Assembly: GCA_027314665.1 (NCBI GenBank)
Contig: DAHVAK010000080.1
Location: 1 to 54,531, forward strand
DNA from: Spirochaetales bacterium
GTDB taxonomy: Bacteria; Spirochaetota; Spirochaetia; DAHUYW01
Length of the DNA: 54,531 nucleotides
Direction: 5' to 3'
Under the pieces are notes generated by a model, which was not told the origin of the DNA, made no database searches, and saw only the letters and a program-made list of their open reading frames with translations. Every line of letters begins with the position of its first letter. Position 1 is the stretch's first letter. Below are positions 9,931 to 18,693 of this stretch, piece after piece. Both the position numbers and the translations under genes were made by a program.

Positions 9931-10471
9931 CGATGGAATCGCACAGCGAGCGAATCCTCGCCATGTTGTAGCCCGGAAGCCTGGTCGTCCCCACCTTGAC
10001 CGCCGCGGTCAGCATGACTCCGGCCTGGCTGAGGCGCTTGGTGAGCATGGGGAGGTCATGACTCTCATAGAACCCCTTCGCGAACATCCCGGTGAGCACG
10101 ACGAAAACGGGGACCGAAAAGGGGGCGTGCGTCGACACGAACTGGTCGACCGGCGGGCGGATCTCCCCGCCATAAACCGGCGAGACGAGAACGAGCGCAT
10201 CGTAGCTCTTCGTGTCAAGGGGAAGATCAGGACTTGCGGTGTTCACCGTGACGACGTAGCCACGCCGGACCAGCTCCCTTCCCAGTCTCGCCACCGTGCG
10301 CTTGGGAAAGCCCGAGCCGCCGGGGTGATAGACGACCGCGACTCTCCCGGAGCCTCCCTCCTCCCCCATCACGACTGAGTCCTGGTGGACGGGAAGATCC
10401 CACGAGCTACAGCCTGCCATCGCGAGGCAGGCGATCGAGACCATGATGCGGTTGCCTATGCTGGACATCAT
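9908..10471 (-). CDS. flavodoxin-fold lipoprotein, function unknown
   Basis: Lipobox-like LAMAGC; AVVYHPGGSGFPK and YDALVLVSPVYGG resemble flavodoxin loops. Confidence 0.65.
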   Translation of the reverse strand: MMSSIGNRIMVSIACLAMAGCSSWDLPVHQDSVVMGEEGGSGRVAVVYHPGGSGFPKRTVARLGRELVRRGYVVTVNTASPDLPLDTKSYDALVLVSPVYGGEIRPPVDQFVSTHAPFSVPVFVVLTGMFAKGFYESHDLPMLTKRLSQAGVMLTAAVKVGTTRLPGYNMARIRSLCDSIDATLASD

Positions 10472-10651
10472 TGCCTCCTTCGCCGTGATCCTGCGTGCTC
10501 ATCTGCCCCAGCCGCCGGGGCCGGCGCCGCGCTCGGGTGGGGAGCGGCCGCGCGTGCAGGCGGAAAGCTTCGGCCCCCGAACGGCGCTCTTCTTCAGCGA
10601 ACCCACGCCCGGGAAGGAACTGGGAGGTGATTCGTCTCGATAGAGTATATC

Positions 10652-11599
10652 CTATTCTTCGTTTCCCGCCCGCAGCCAGGCGACGTAATCGGCGACTCCG
10701 CGCTCGAGGTCGTACTCAGGCTCGTAGCCCGCATCCGCGCGGATGCGCGACAGGTCGAGCTCGATCGTCCTTCTCGGCCCCCTCGGATCGAACCCTGCCG
10801 GAGGCTCGACCTCTGCCCCCGGGATTACCGCCCGAACCGCCGCGGCGAACTCCCGGTTCGTAACCGCCCGCCCCATGCCGATGTTGTAGACCGCATGGTT
10901 GAGCTTCGTCGCGATCTGAAGCCTTGCGATGGCTCGCCCGCAATCCCTCACGTAGCAGTAGTCCGCTCCGTCCTCCGCGAAGGCGCGAGACTGAGGAGCC
11001 GAAAAGTCGAGCCGTACCCCCACAACGGCGGCGCGAACCATCTGGACGGGGATGTTCATGGGGCTCGGCGGATGGTGGGACAGGGGTCCCCAGGCGCCGT
11101 AGCGGAAGTGGATGACCTCCACGTCCGAGCCGCTCGCAACGGTCGGCGCGAGAAGCTCGGAGATCTTCATGAAGCTCGGTATTGGATGAAAGGCCGCCAT
11201 CGGGAGGGGAAGCTCCTCACGCAGCGGCCCGTCGGACGCGACGCCGGCGTAGACTCCGATGGTGCTTGCGAGGGCGATCCGAGCGACCTTCCACTCCGCC
11301 GCCACTGCAAGCAGGTTGAAGAGCCTCTGGAGGGCCTCGGGATAACCATCGCCCCGAACCGCCCCGTTCGCCAGGTAGATGATCCCCGTGATCCGTCTCC
11401 GCCGACCGAGCTCGCGGAGCGACTCAAGATCGCCCGCATCCACCTGCTCGACGAACAGACGCCTGCCGATCTCGCCCTTGATGAAGCTCGGCTCCCGGAC
11501 AATGCGGTATCGCGTGAGCACGCACTCCTGCCCGAGATCGAGCAGGGCCCGCGCAGTGTGCAGCCCGACGAAACCCATGCCGCCGATGATGAGCTGCAT
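10652..11599 (-). CDS. NAD-dependent epimerase/dehydratase (extended SDR)
   Basis: LIIGGMGFVG Rossmann motif, LASTIGVY, DYCYVRDCG, VYNIGMG; the YxxxK position reads FMK/SFMKI (atypical). Confidence 0.88.
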   Translation of the reverse strand: MQLIIGGMGFVGLHTARALLDLGQECVLTRYRIVREPSFIKGEIGRRLFVEQVDAGDLESLRELGRRRRITGIIYLANGAVRGDGYPEALQRLFNLLAVAAEWKVARIALASTIGVYAGVASDGPLREELPLPMAAFHPIPSFMKISELLAPTVASGSDVEVIHFRYGAWGPLSHHPPSPMNIPVQMVRAAVVGVRLDFSAPQSRAFAEDGADYCYVRDCGRAIARLQIATKLNHAVYNIGMGRAVTNREFAAAVRAVIPGAEVEPPAGFDPRGPRRTIELDLSRIRADAGYEPEYDLERGVADYVAWLRAGNEE

Positions 11600-11603
11600 C
11601 TCC

Positions 11604-11678
11604 CTACCCTCGTCTCCCCTCGGTGGCGGCGCTTCCCCCCGTCACGAGAACCCTCTTTCCGTTCAACCCCAATTCCAT
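11604..11678 (-). pseudogene. N-terminal remnant of a short-chain dehydrogenase (24-codon mini-ORF)
   Basis: GGAGG RBS then MELGLNGKRVLVTGGSAATEGRRG*. The first 16 aa match the classical SDR start (MxLGLxGKxxLVTGGS) and break off inside TGxxxGxG. Confidence 0.7.
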
Positions 11679-11795
11679 CTCGATTCCTCCAATTGTGCTG
11701 ACGATCGAGAAGATAGGGCTTCGCGAACGGTTTGGATTGTACGCGCGCGACATCCTGAGGCAAAACGCGCGAGAGCCCACGAGGCGGCCGGCCGG

Positions 11796-12632
11796 CTACC
11801 GGAGCGACTCCGACGGCCCGGTCGCCCGGAGGCGAGCCCCCGTCTCCCCCGCGGCCGGCTCCGCGCTCGCGCAGGCGGTGAAGGAGCTCGGCGTCATCGC
11901 CGCGAGTCGGCGGAACTCGCGCCCGAAGTGGGCCTGGTCATAGTAACCCGCGGCGAGACCTATCTCGGTGAGGGTGCGCTCCTCCCGCGCGAGGATGCCC
12001 CGCTTCGCATGATCGAAGCGCGCAAGGCGAGCGAAGGTCGTGGGGCTCACTCCGATCCGGCCGGCAAAGAGTCGCTCGATTTGTCGGCGCCCCGCGGGAA
12101 CCTCCCGAACGAGTACGTCGAGCGAAGCCTCGGGATCCTCGCAGAGCCTCCTCGCGAGCGAATCGATCCTCTTCTCGATCGCACTGGGCTCGACGAGGTG
12201 TCGCTCGAAGAAGCCATCGAGCAGGGCGACCCGCTCGTCGAAGTGATTGGCCGAGGAGAGCTCCTCCACGAGACGCTCCAGCTCGGCCTTCGGCAGGGTC
12301 TCGGCGACGGGCACCACCCGATCTGCGAGCGCCGAAGCCTGCCGGTGGGCAAAGCGGCTGAGGCCGCCAGGATGGAAGAGCACCTGGATGCGATCGGTCG
12401 GAGTCTCGTGGACCTCGAGGCGTAACGAGCTTCGCTGCAGCCCGAAAAGGGCGACCTGCGGCACCGGACGCCCCTCGATCCGGAAGGAGCCCGCGAGACT
12501 GATCACGAGCACCGCTCCCGGGCGCGGAGCAATTCGCTTGGTCTTGGGTCCACTTCCCGAGATCGCTCCGTAGGAAGCAATCGAAGTGCGAAGTCGCGAT
12601 GACTCCGGCGTTCCCGCCTGATATGCAAGCAT
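11796..12632 (-). CDS. AraC-family transcriptional regulator
   Basis: C-terminal double HTH: RRQIERLFAGRIGVSP...ARLARF, AAGYYDQAHFGREFRRLAAMTP. Confidence 0.92.
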   Translation of the reverse strand: MLAYQAGTPESSRLRTSIASYGAISGSGPKTKRIAPRPGAVLVISLAGSFRIEGRPVPQVALFGLQRSSLRLEVHETPTDRIQVLFHPGGLSRFAHRQASALADRVVPVAETLPKAELERLVEELSSANHFDERVALLDGFFERHLVEPSAIEKRIDSLARRLCEDPEASLDVLVREVPAGRRQIERLFAGRIGVSPTTFARLARFDHAKRGILAREERTLTEIGLAAGYYDQAHFGREFRRLAAMTPSSFTACASAEPAAGETGARLRATGPSESLR

Positions 12633-12776
12633 TTCCCCTCCCCGCTGGCGGCGTCCGCACGCTCGAAGCCGCTCCCAACGCGCCTCCCGCCGACCCGCCT
12701 ACGAATGTCGTAATCATGAATTGATTTGTCAAATTTGGCTTCGGCTGTCTCCCCCCGACGCCCCGAAGCCCTCCCG

Positions 12777-13820
12777 TCACCCCCGCGCGAGGGCGAGGTT
12801 GTGGCTCAGCGGTCGGTCGATGCGGCGGTGGACCCGAAAGCCCGAGCGCCTTGCGAGCTCCTCGAAGGACGGAAGCCCTCGATGGACCATCGCCGCCTGC
12901 GAGGCACGATTCAGGAGGCTCGCGGCCCCGTCGATTCTCGTGACGGACCCCACGACGACGACATCCTCCGGACCATAGCGCGCGACGAGGGCAAGGCACG
13001 CCTCGATCTCCTCGTCCGAGCCGTACTCGAAGAGCCCCCCCTCGGAGGCGACCGCGATGATGGCCCGCGCGGAGGTCGCCGCCTCGAGCAGCTCGCGAAG
13101 CCGACCGCCGTCGGACCAATCGAGGGCCACAGGGCGAAGCGCGACCGACAATCCGTGGAGGGGAGCTGCCTCGGCGCGAAGGGCCAACAGGGCGCGCCCG
13201 CCGAAGGCGGGCCCGACCTCGTCCCGATCGAGCACATCGATGCTCACCTGACGAGCCGCGATGAGCTTCCGCTCCTCCCGCGACAGAAGAACGAGAGCGT
13301 TCAGGGTGTCGGAGGCGCAGCCCCCGCCTAGGTTCAACAGATAGAGGGGGCGAGCGCTATCGCGAGCGAGAAGCGGCTTGAGCCCGTCGGCGAGCAGCCG
13401 GGCCGTGTCCTTCAGCCGCAGTTGGACCGATAGGCAGGGCAGGGACGCCGCGATTCGCCGGTCGACCCTCTTGGCATAGCAGCGCCCGAGGTTATCCGGG
13501 CCGAGCTTCAGGAGGTAGGTGCTCATCCCGCTCAGGTAGGTGCCCGCCGAGCTGCGGATGCCCGCGGCAAGGCGCGAGCCCTTCAGGCTCAGGGCGAGGA
13601 GCAGGCGACGAGCGAGGGGCGGCATCCTGCCGACGCGCTCGAGCTCGCTCAAGGCCCGCTCGACCTCCCTGCGAAGCTCCTCCTCGCTCGGCTCGAGCGC
13701 AAAGGCGGGGTGCGTGATGTCGATGACCGGAAGCTCGATCCCGTCGTCGGCGAGGACGTAGCAGAGGCCGGGCTTCTTGTGTTTCTCGGGGACGACGGTC
13801 AGACTCTTGGCATGGCGCAT
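12777..13820 (-). CDS. hypothetical protein with a class I SAM-dependent methyltransferase-like C-terminus
   Basis: Long ORF with GGAGGAG RBS; LLNLGGGCASD (motif I-like), DVLDRD, VASEGGLFEY. Confidence 0.6.
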   Translation of the reverse strand: MRHAKSLTVVPEKHKKPGLCYVLADDGIELPVIDITHPAFALEPSEEELRREVERALSELERVGRMPPLARRLLLALSLKGSRLAAGIRSSAGTYLSGMSTYLLKLGPDNLGRCYAKRVDRRIAASLPCLSVQLRLKDTARLLADGLKPLLARDSARPLYLLNLGGGCASDTLNALVLLSREERKLIAARQVSIDVLDRDEVGPAFGGRALLALRAEAAPLHGLSVALRPVALDWSDGGRLRELLEAATSARAIIAVASEGGLFEYGSDEEIEACLALVARYGPEDVVVVGSVTRIDGAASLLNRASQAAMVHRGLPSFEELARRSGFRVHRRIDRPLSHNLALARG

Positions 13821-14086
13821 GGGCTCCTCCTTCGGAAGTCGTGCCCTGCCAAGCGGACCTATGTCTGAATGGTAAGGCCATCATCATTACACGATTTCGG
13901 CCTCTAGTTCAAGGGGACTCGGAGCGCCTGGCAACACAATCACGCGGCACCTGCACGCGCGGGTCGTTGAAGGTCCGAGGCATTGCGCTCGGTCGCACCG
14001 CGAAAGGCTTCGCCCCGACGCGAGCTTGCCGCATTGCGCTCCTTCCCTCCTCTCGTTACAATCCCTGCCCACTGAGGAGAACGCGC

Positions 14087-14494
14087 ATGGCTTCCGAGCT
14101 TGATGACCCGCGAGGAGGAGCCGACCCACGGTCCCTCGCATACCCGATCGTGCGGAAGCGGGCTGACCCCTTCGTCCACCGCCACAGCGACGGCTGCTGC
14201 TGCTTTGCCGCGACGGCCCCGAGTATGACCGTATCGAGCCGCGGCGCTCGGCGACGATCGAGGAGAAACAGGTGATGTTGTCGAAGCCCGACTTCCCGTG
14301 GGAGCAGCACCTCTTCCAGGTCAACGAGAGGCCTGCCGCCCTCGAGCGTAACGGACGCATCTTCCTTGCCTACCCCGCCGTTTGACGATCCGAACCGCAC
14401 CACACGGGCCCAGGTTCTGCCCTTGAAGCCGCCCCGGAAGCCGGACGAGACCCCCGATTTCGGCACTCCTGCGCCCGACCGGTGCTCCGAATAG
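14087..14494 (+). pseudogene. collapsed remnant of a GH43 arabinofuranosidase-type glycoside hydrolase
   Basis: Frameshifted segments: YPIVRKRADPFVHRHSDG..., EYDRIEPRRSATIEE, QVMLSKPDFPWEQHLFQVNERPAALERNGRIFLAYPA, DDPNRTTRAQVL...DETPDFGTP. Intact TTGCGC-N17-TACAAT promoter (14034-14062) and GAGGAG RBS. Confidence 0.8.
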
Positions 14495-14609
14495 GGAACG
14501 GGCCCCGCGGAGCTCGGATTCTCCGCCAGCTCCGCGTCGCGTGCCCTCGGTTGACGACTGCGGCTGTTGCTGTTGTAATAGTCACAATGGGATGGGGTAG
14601 GGAGGCAGC

Positions 14610-14915
14610 ATGATCGCGAGAGTGATTACCGTACGGGTGAAGAATGAGTCCCTGGAAGAGTTCAAGACCGCAACCATCGCAAATCACACCGGCTCCCTGA
14701 AGGAGCCGGGGATCTATCGTTTTGACGTTCTCCAGAACGATGCCGATCCGCAAGAGTTCGTTCTCTACGAGATCTACGAGTCCGAAGAGGCAACCCTCAC
14801 CCACAAGGAAACCATGCACTACAACAAGTGGAAGCAGAGCATCGAGCCGATGCTGGCCGAGCCGCGCAAATCGACCTCCTTCACGATCATCGCGCCGGCC
14901 CCCGAATACTACTGA
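14610..14915 (+). CDS. antibiotic biosynthesis monooxygenase (ABM/LsrG-like) protein
   Basis: SLKEPGIYRFDVLQ...FVLYEIY...HKETMHY..W; GGAGG RBS. Confidence 0.88.
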   Translation: MIARVITVRVKNESLEEFKTATIANHTGSLKEPGIYRFDVLQNDADPQEFVLYEIYESEEATLTHKETMHYNKWKQSIEPMLAEPRKSTSFTIIAPAPEYY

Positions 14916-14945
14916 GCCCGCCTTTCCGCGTGCTATATTCGGGGT

Positions 14946-15521
14946 GTGATCCCTTCGGACAAAGGCCCCGATGCTCCCGACCGTTCGATCATCGCTTCCG
15001 TGCTTGCGGGAGATCGTGATCGGTTTGGGATCATTGTACGCAGGTACGAGCGCACGGTCCTCAGGCTCGCCTTTGGGTATCTCGGCAATCGGGATGAGGC
15101 AACCGACGCCTCCCAGGAGATCTTCCTCAAGGCGTTCCGATCCCTAGCCTCCTTTCAGCTTGACCGCCCCTTTCTACCCTGGCTCTACAGCCTCGCCCTT
15201 AATACCCTGCGCACCCGCCGCAGCCGAGCCGCGCGAATCGCGCATTCCGAGCGGGAGGTCTCCGACCTGGAAGAGAGCTATGCCGACCCCGCGGAGAGCG
15301 ATCCGCTCGACCTTACGATTCGCTCCGAGCAACTGCGCCTCGTGCGGGATGGAGTCTCGCTCCTTCCCCGACGGCTTCGCGACCCGGTCGTCCTCTACTA
15401 CTTCGCCGGGCTTTCAGTGGAGGAGACCGGGCAGCTGCTCGGGCTTGCATCCCCAAACGTGAAATCGCGGCTCTTTCGCGCTCGACGGCGCCTGAAAGGG
15501 CTCTTCGCCGGGAGGCTGTGA
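14946..15521 (+). CDS. ECF RNA polymerase sigma factor
   Basis: Region 2 (DEATDASQEIFLKAF, FLPWLYSLALN) and region 4 (LYYFAGLSVEETG...NVKSRLFRARRRL). Confidence 0.94.
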   Translation: MIPSDKGPDAPDRSIIASVLAGDRDRFGIIVRRYERTVLRLAFGYLGNRDEATDASQEIFLKAFRSLASFQLDRPFLPWLYSLALNTLRTRRSRAARIAHSEREVSDLEESYADPAESDPLDLTIRSEQLRLVRDGVSLLPRRLRDPVVLYYFAGLSVEETGQLLGLASPNVKSRLFRARRRLKGLFAGRL

Positions 15522-15543
15522 TGGCTGCACACCGAGAAAAACC

Positions 15544-15571
15544 GCAACCGACATTCTCCCGACGTGGTATA
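15544..15571 (+). promoter_or_regulatory. candidate ECF-dependent promoter between the sigma and anti-sigma genes
   Basis: GCAACC-N16-GGTATA: an AAC-type -35 and a GT-containing -10 as in many ECF promoters. Inference only. Confidence 0.4.
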
Positions 15572-15594
15572 CCGGAAGGGAGGAGAAACGGATC

Positions 15595-16221
15595 ATGACC
15601 CCGCAGGGGCTGCGGAAGCTGGTCGCGCGCTGGGAACGAGGGATGCCGCCGAGCGAGGAGGAGCTGCGCCAGCTCCAGCTCCTCGAGGCGGATGATCCGC
15701 CTCTCTACGCGAGAATCTCCCCGCTCCTCCCGCTCATGCGACGAGACGCCGGAGCTGCGATCGAGATAGAGGTTCCGGCGCCCGAACTCGAGGGGCGCGT
15801 GCTCGAGAGACTGCCAAGGCGGTCGGGCTACGAAGAGGAACCGGAAGGAAGGTCGACGTGGGCGCCGCGCTGGCTGCTGCAGGCCGCCGCGGCCGTGGTG
15901 CTCGTCGGGCTGGGCCTCGTCATCGGACTTTCGATTGCCACGCGCTCTCAGGGAGCCCCCAACACGGTGGTCGTGCGCTTCGAGCTTGCGGACCCCCAGG
16001 CGCGCTCGGTCGCCGTCGTCGGGGACTTCAACGACTGGCAGCCCCAGAGTCTGGAGATGCACAAGGTGAAAGGGGTTTGGGAGCTCTCGGTCCCGCTGCG
16101 CCGCGGGGACGTCTATACCTACAACTTTCTCATCGACGGTCGGACCTGGATATCGGACCCCTCCTCCCTTTATCGGATACGGGACGGCTTCGGGGGCGAA
16201 AAGTCGGTCCTCCAGCTGTGA
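15595..16221 (+). CDS. putative single-pass anti-sigma factor with a C-terminal CBM48/AMPK-beta-like glycogen-binding domain
   Basis: Cytoplasmic N-part, one TM (AAAAVVLVGLGLVIGLSIA), then ARSVAVVGDFNDWQP...GVWELSVPL...YTYNFLIDGRTWISDP...DGFGGEKSVL. Confidence 0.85.
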   Translation: MTPQGLRKLVARWERGMPPSEEELRQLQLLEADDPPLYARISPLLPLMRRDAGAAIEIEVPAPELEGRVLERLPRRSGYEEEPEGRSTWAPRWLLQAAAAVVLVGLGLVIGLSIATRSQGAPNTVVVRFELADPQARSVAVVGDFNDWQPQSLEMHKVKGVWELSVPLRRGDVYTYNFLIDGRTWISDPSSLYRIRDGFGGEKSVLQL

Positions 16222-16236
16222 AGAGGAGGCGGCTCG

Positions 16237-16809
16237 ATGCACAGATGGGCGAGACTCATGCCTCGTGAAGGACGCGCACGCGCGCTCGGAATCGCGCTCC
16301 TTTTCTTCTTTTTGGGGTTTGTCTACGTTCCGCCGTCGTGGACGCAAGAGCGCGGCGAGCCGGCACGCGACCGCATTTCGACGCTCGCGCTGCCCGCCCG
16401 CTTCACCGAGCGCTTCGGGTCGGGCTGGGCCGAGGACTTTCGAGAGGCGTTTCTCTCCGCGGGGCGGCAGGACGCCCTCTCCGGTCTCGCCCTGTCCGTT
16501 ACCCTTGGCTCGATTCGCCTTGATCAGCTTCCGGTCGATGCCAAGGCGGCGGCCCTCTTCTGCGTCGAGGTTGCAGGAGTTGCGGACGTCGCGCTGCGAA
16601 GCGGCTATTCCCCGACCCTTCTCGCCGCCGACGTCCGGCAGGTCCTGCGCAAGGGGGGCTCTCCGTCGTTTGGACCGAGCCTGCTCCGAGGCCCCCGATT
16701 GATCGGCGAGCGACCGATCGTTCGAGGCCCCCTCTCCCCGCCCGGCCCGGCGCTGCGCGGAGGCCAGAATAGCGGGATCGGATTCTCCGGAGGCTTCGGA
16801 CCGCGATGA
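16237..16809 (+). CDS. hypothetical exported protein
   Basis: GAGGAGG RBS, N-terminal hydrophobic segment, Gly/Pro-rich tail; ATGA-coupled to the next gene. Confidence 0.65.
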   Translation: MHRWARLMPREGRARALGIALLFFFLGFVYVPPSWTQERGEPARDRISTLALPARFTERFGSGWAEDFREAFLSAGRQDALSGLALSVTLGSIRLDQLPVDAKAAALFCVEVAGVADVALRSGYSPTLLAADVRQVLRKGGSPSFGPSLLRGPRLIGERPIVRGPLSPPGPALRGGQNSGIGFSGGFGPR

Positions 16810-17552
16810 TTGCCCCGCGGTCAGGCCCTCCGTCGGCCTCCTCGTCGGCGCGGCGCATGTGCCTCGTCCTCGTCCTGGTCGGCGTCGGGTTTCAGGCCTT
16901 CGCCGCCCCGAACGACCTTTCGGCCATTCGCACCCTCATCGCGACTGACCCCGCGATGCTTCCCTATCGCGGGGAGGTCGACGCCTTGAGCGCCCCCTTC
17001 TCGCTCCTTGCGGAGCACCAGATCCCGCTCTCGCTCCTCGAGACAGTCCTGCGCGAAGGGGCCTCCAAGGCGGTCTCGGCTTCGGTCCTGAGAAAGGCGC
17101 TCAACGCGGAGGCCGAACGCCTCCTGCAGGCAAAACGGATTCTCGAAGCAAGCGGCGGCGAGGAAGCCGCGCCTGCCTTCGGGCGGCGCTTCGAGGAGCG
17201 GCTCAAGCGGCTTTCGCTTGTCCTGCAGGGCGGGGTCGGTCCCCAGACCATCTCCTCCGTACTCTCCGCCGCCGGCGAGAGCGGTCGCGGTCTCACCTTC
17301 TGCGAGACCCTGCTCGCCATCCTGCAAGTGGGCCCGCTTGACTCGCAAGAGATGACCGAACTGGCAAAGAGCGTCTTCGCAAGCTCCCTCGCCCCCGAGA
17401 GCTATCGCTCCCTTCCCCCCCTCTTCGTGCGGGCGCGGCTTCGTGGGCTCGGGATGGGCGAGACCGCAAACCTCATCGAGCGCCTTCTGTACCGCGGTTT
17501 CGGAGTCATCCAGATCGAAGCCGAGATCCGCAAGCACGCGAGGATGCCATGA
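16806..17552 (+). CDS. hypothetical exported, predicted alpha-helical protein
   Basis: Signal peptide ending AFA; overlapping start/stop with both neighbours. Confidence 0.7.
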   Translation: MIAPRSGPPSASSSARRMCLVLVLVGVGFQAFAAPNDLSAIRTLIATDPAMLPYRGEVDALSAPFSLLAEHQIPLSLLETVLREGASKAVSASVLRKALNAEAERLLQAKRILEASGGEEAAPAFGRRFEERLKRLSLVLQGGVGPQTISSVLSAAGESGRGLTFCETLLAILQVGPLDSQEMTELAKSVFASSLAPESYRSLPPLFVRARLRGLGMGETANLIERLLYRGFGVIQIEAEIRKHARMP

Positions 17553-18688
17553 GAGCACGAGCAATCCCGCCCCTTCTGTTCCTGATCGCTCTCGGAGCGA
17601 TAGTCGCTCCAGCGCTTTCAGCCGACGCATCGGTGAGCCTCGGAGCGACAGGAAGCTACGACATGGGGTCCATCCCGACCGGCGAAAGCCTTCTTCTGTC
17701 CCCGTCAAGCGCCGCTGCCACCGCCCTCTTCAGCGACGTCGCCTACTCCGAGTTTCTCACCAAGAGCGACCGCTCGAGCACCTCGGTCGCATTCGAGGGT
17801 GTGGCCGCCTACGACCCGATAGCGTCCTCCCGGGGGCTTTTTGCGGGAGCGCGGCTAAGCGGGGGGCTCATCGGGGATCTGACCGTTCTCAACGCGAGCC
17901 TCTTCGCAAACATCAACTGGTGGAGCGCCCCCTACGCGCCGGCCTGGACGGTAGACACCCTCCCCGACGCCTACGGCCCCGAGGGCATCGCCCCCTCGCC
18001 CGTCTCCCTTCTCACTCCGACCGGCTCCACGGGGCTGCAGCTCTCCGCCTCGCTCGGAGGCGCCTCCGCGGCGGTCACGGTGACCCCGCGCGTTGCGGCG
18101 CTCCTGGGAACAAGTCCGGGCTGGACTGAGGATGTGACCCTGCGCGGGGACCTCGCGGCCCTGCCTCAGCTGGTGCTTTCCCTCAAGGTGCGGGAGCGAT
18201 TCGAGGGAAGAAGCGACGGAACAACCGCCTGGCAGGCCGGAGGGGGACCTTCGTTCACCTGGTACTCCCCGCACGGGGCCGTGCTCGACGCGGGGCTCTC
18301 CCTTCTCGTGCAGCAGTCGAGCCTCCTCACCGAGCTCGCGACCCTCGGGGCCGGCGGCGCGGCGGGCGCGCTGTCGCTTCCGGCCGACAGCTTCGTCGCC
18401 GTGCAGGCGCTCTTCGATCTCGAGGCGGCGGCGAGCCCTCGCTTGCGCGCCCGCCTCTCCCTCGAGCCGGCGCTCCTCCTCAGGGACTATCCGCACGTTG
18501 AGGCGGGCGTCAGCGGCGGCGCCCCCGAATGGGAGATTGTCGTGCCGCTCGCCGCCGAGATCGTCTTCAACCCCACGGCTCCCCTCTCAGTGCACCTCGT
18601 CCCAAGCTGGAATGCCCACTTCTCCAACAGCGATTACCGCCGGCTGCAATCGGTCGGGGTCTCGTTTTACGCGGCGTGGGGTTTCTAG
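17549..18688 (+). CDS. putative outer-membrane beta-barrel protein
   Basis: Signal peptide (ALSA), alternating hydrophobic beta-strand pattern, C-terminal VGVSFYAAWGF ending in Phe. Confidence 0.6.
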   Translation: MRARAIPPLLFLIALGAIVAPALSADASVSLGATGSYDMGSIPTGESLLLSPSSAAATALFSDVAYSEFLTKSDRSSTSVAFEGVAAYDPIASSRGLFAGARLSGGLIGDLTVLNASLFANINWWSAPYAPAWTVDTLPDAYGPEGIAPSPVSLLTPTGSTGLQLSASLGGASAAVTVTPRVAALLGTSPGWTEDVTLRGDLAALPQLVLSLKVRERFEGRSDGTTAWQAGGGPSFTWYSPHGAVLDAGLSLLVQQSSLLTELATLGAGGAAGALSLPADSFVAVQALFDLEAAASPRLRARLSLEPALLLRDYPHVEAGVSGGAPEWEIVVPLAAEIVFNPTAPLSVHLVPSWNAHFSNSDYRRLQSVGVSFYAAWGF

Positions 18689-18693
18689 CGGCG

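Noticed and set aside
10640-10655. Third copy of the MarR operator (ATAGAGTATATCCTAT)
   Set aside because: Only the GAGTATAT half matches; better explained as a TATACT -10 box on the minus strand.
13980-14041. GCATTGCGCTC direct repeat upstream of the GH43 remnant
   Set aside because: Only 11 bp and two copies in GC-rich DNA; cannot be distinguished from chance.
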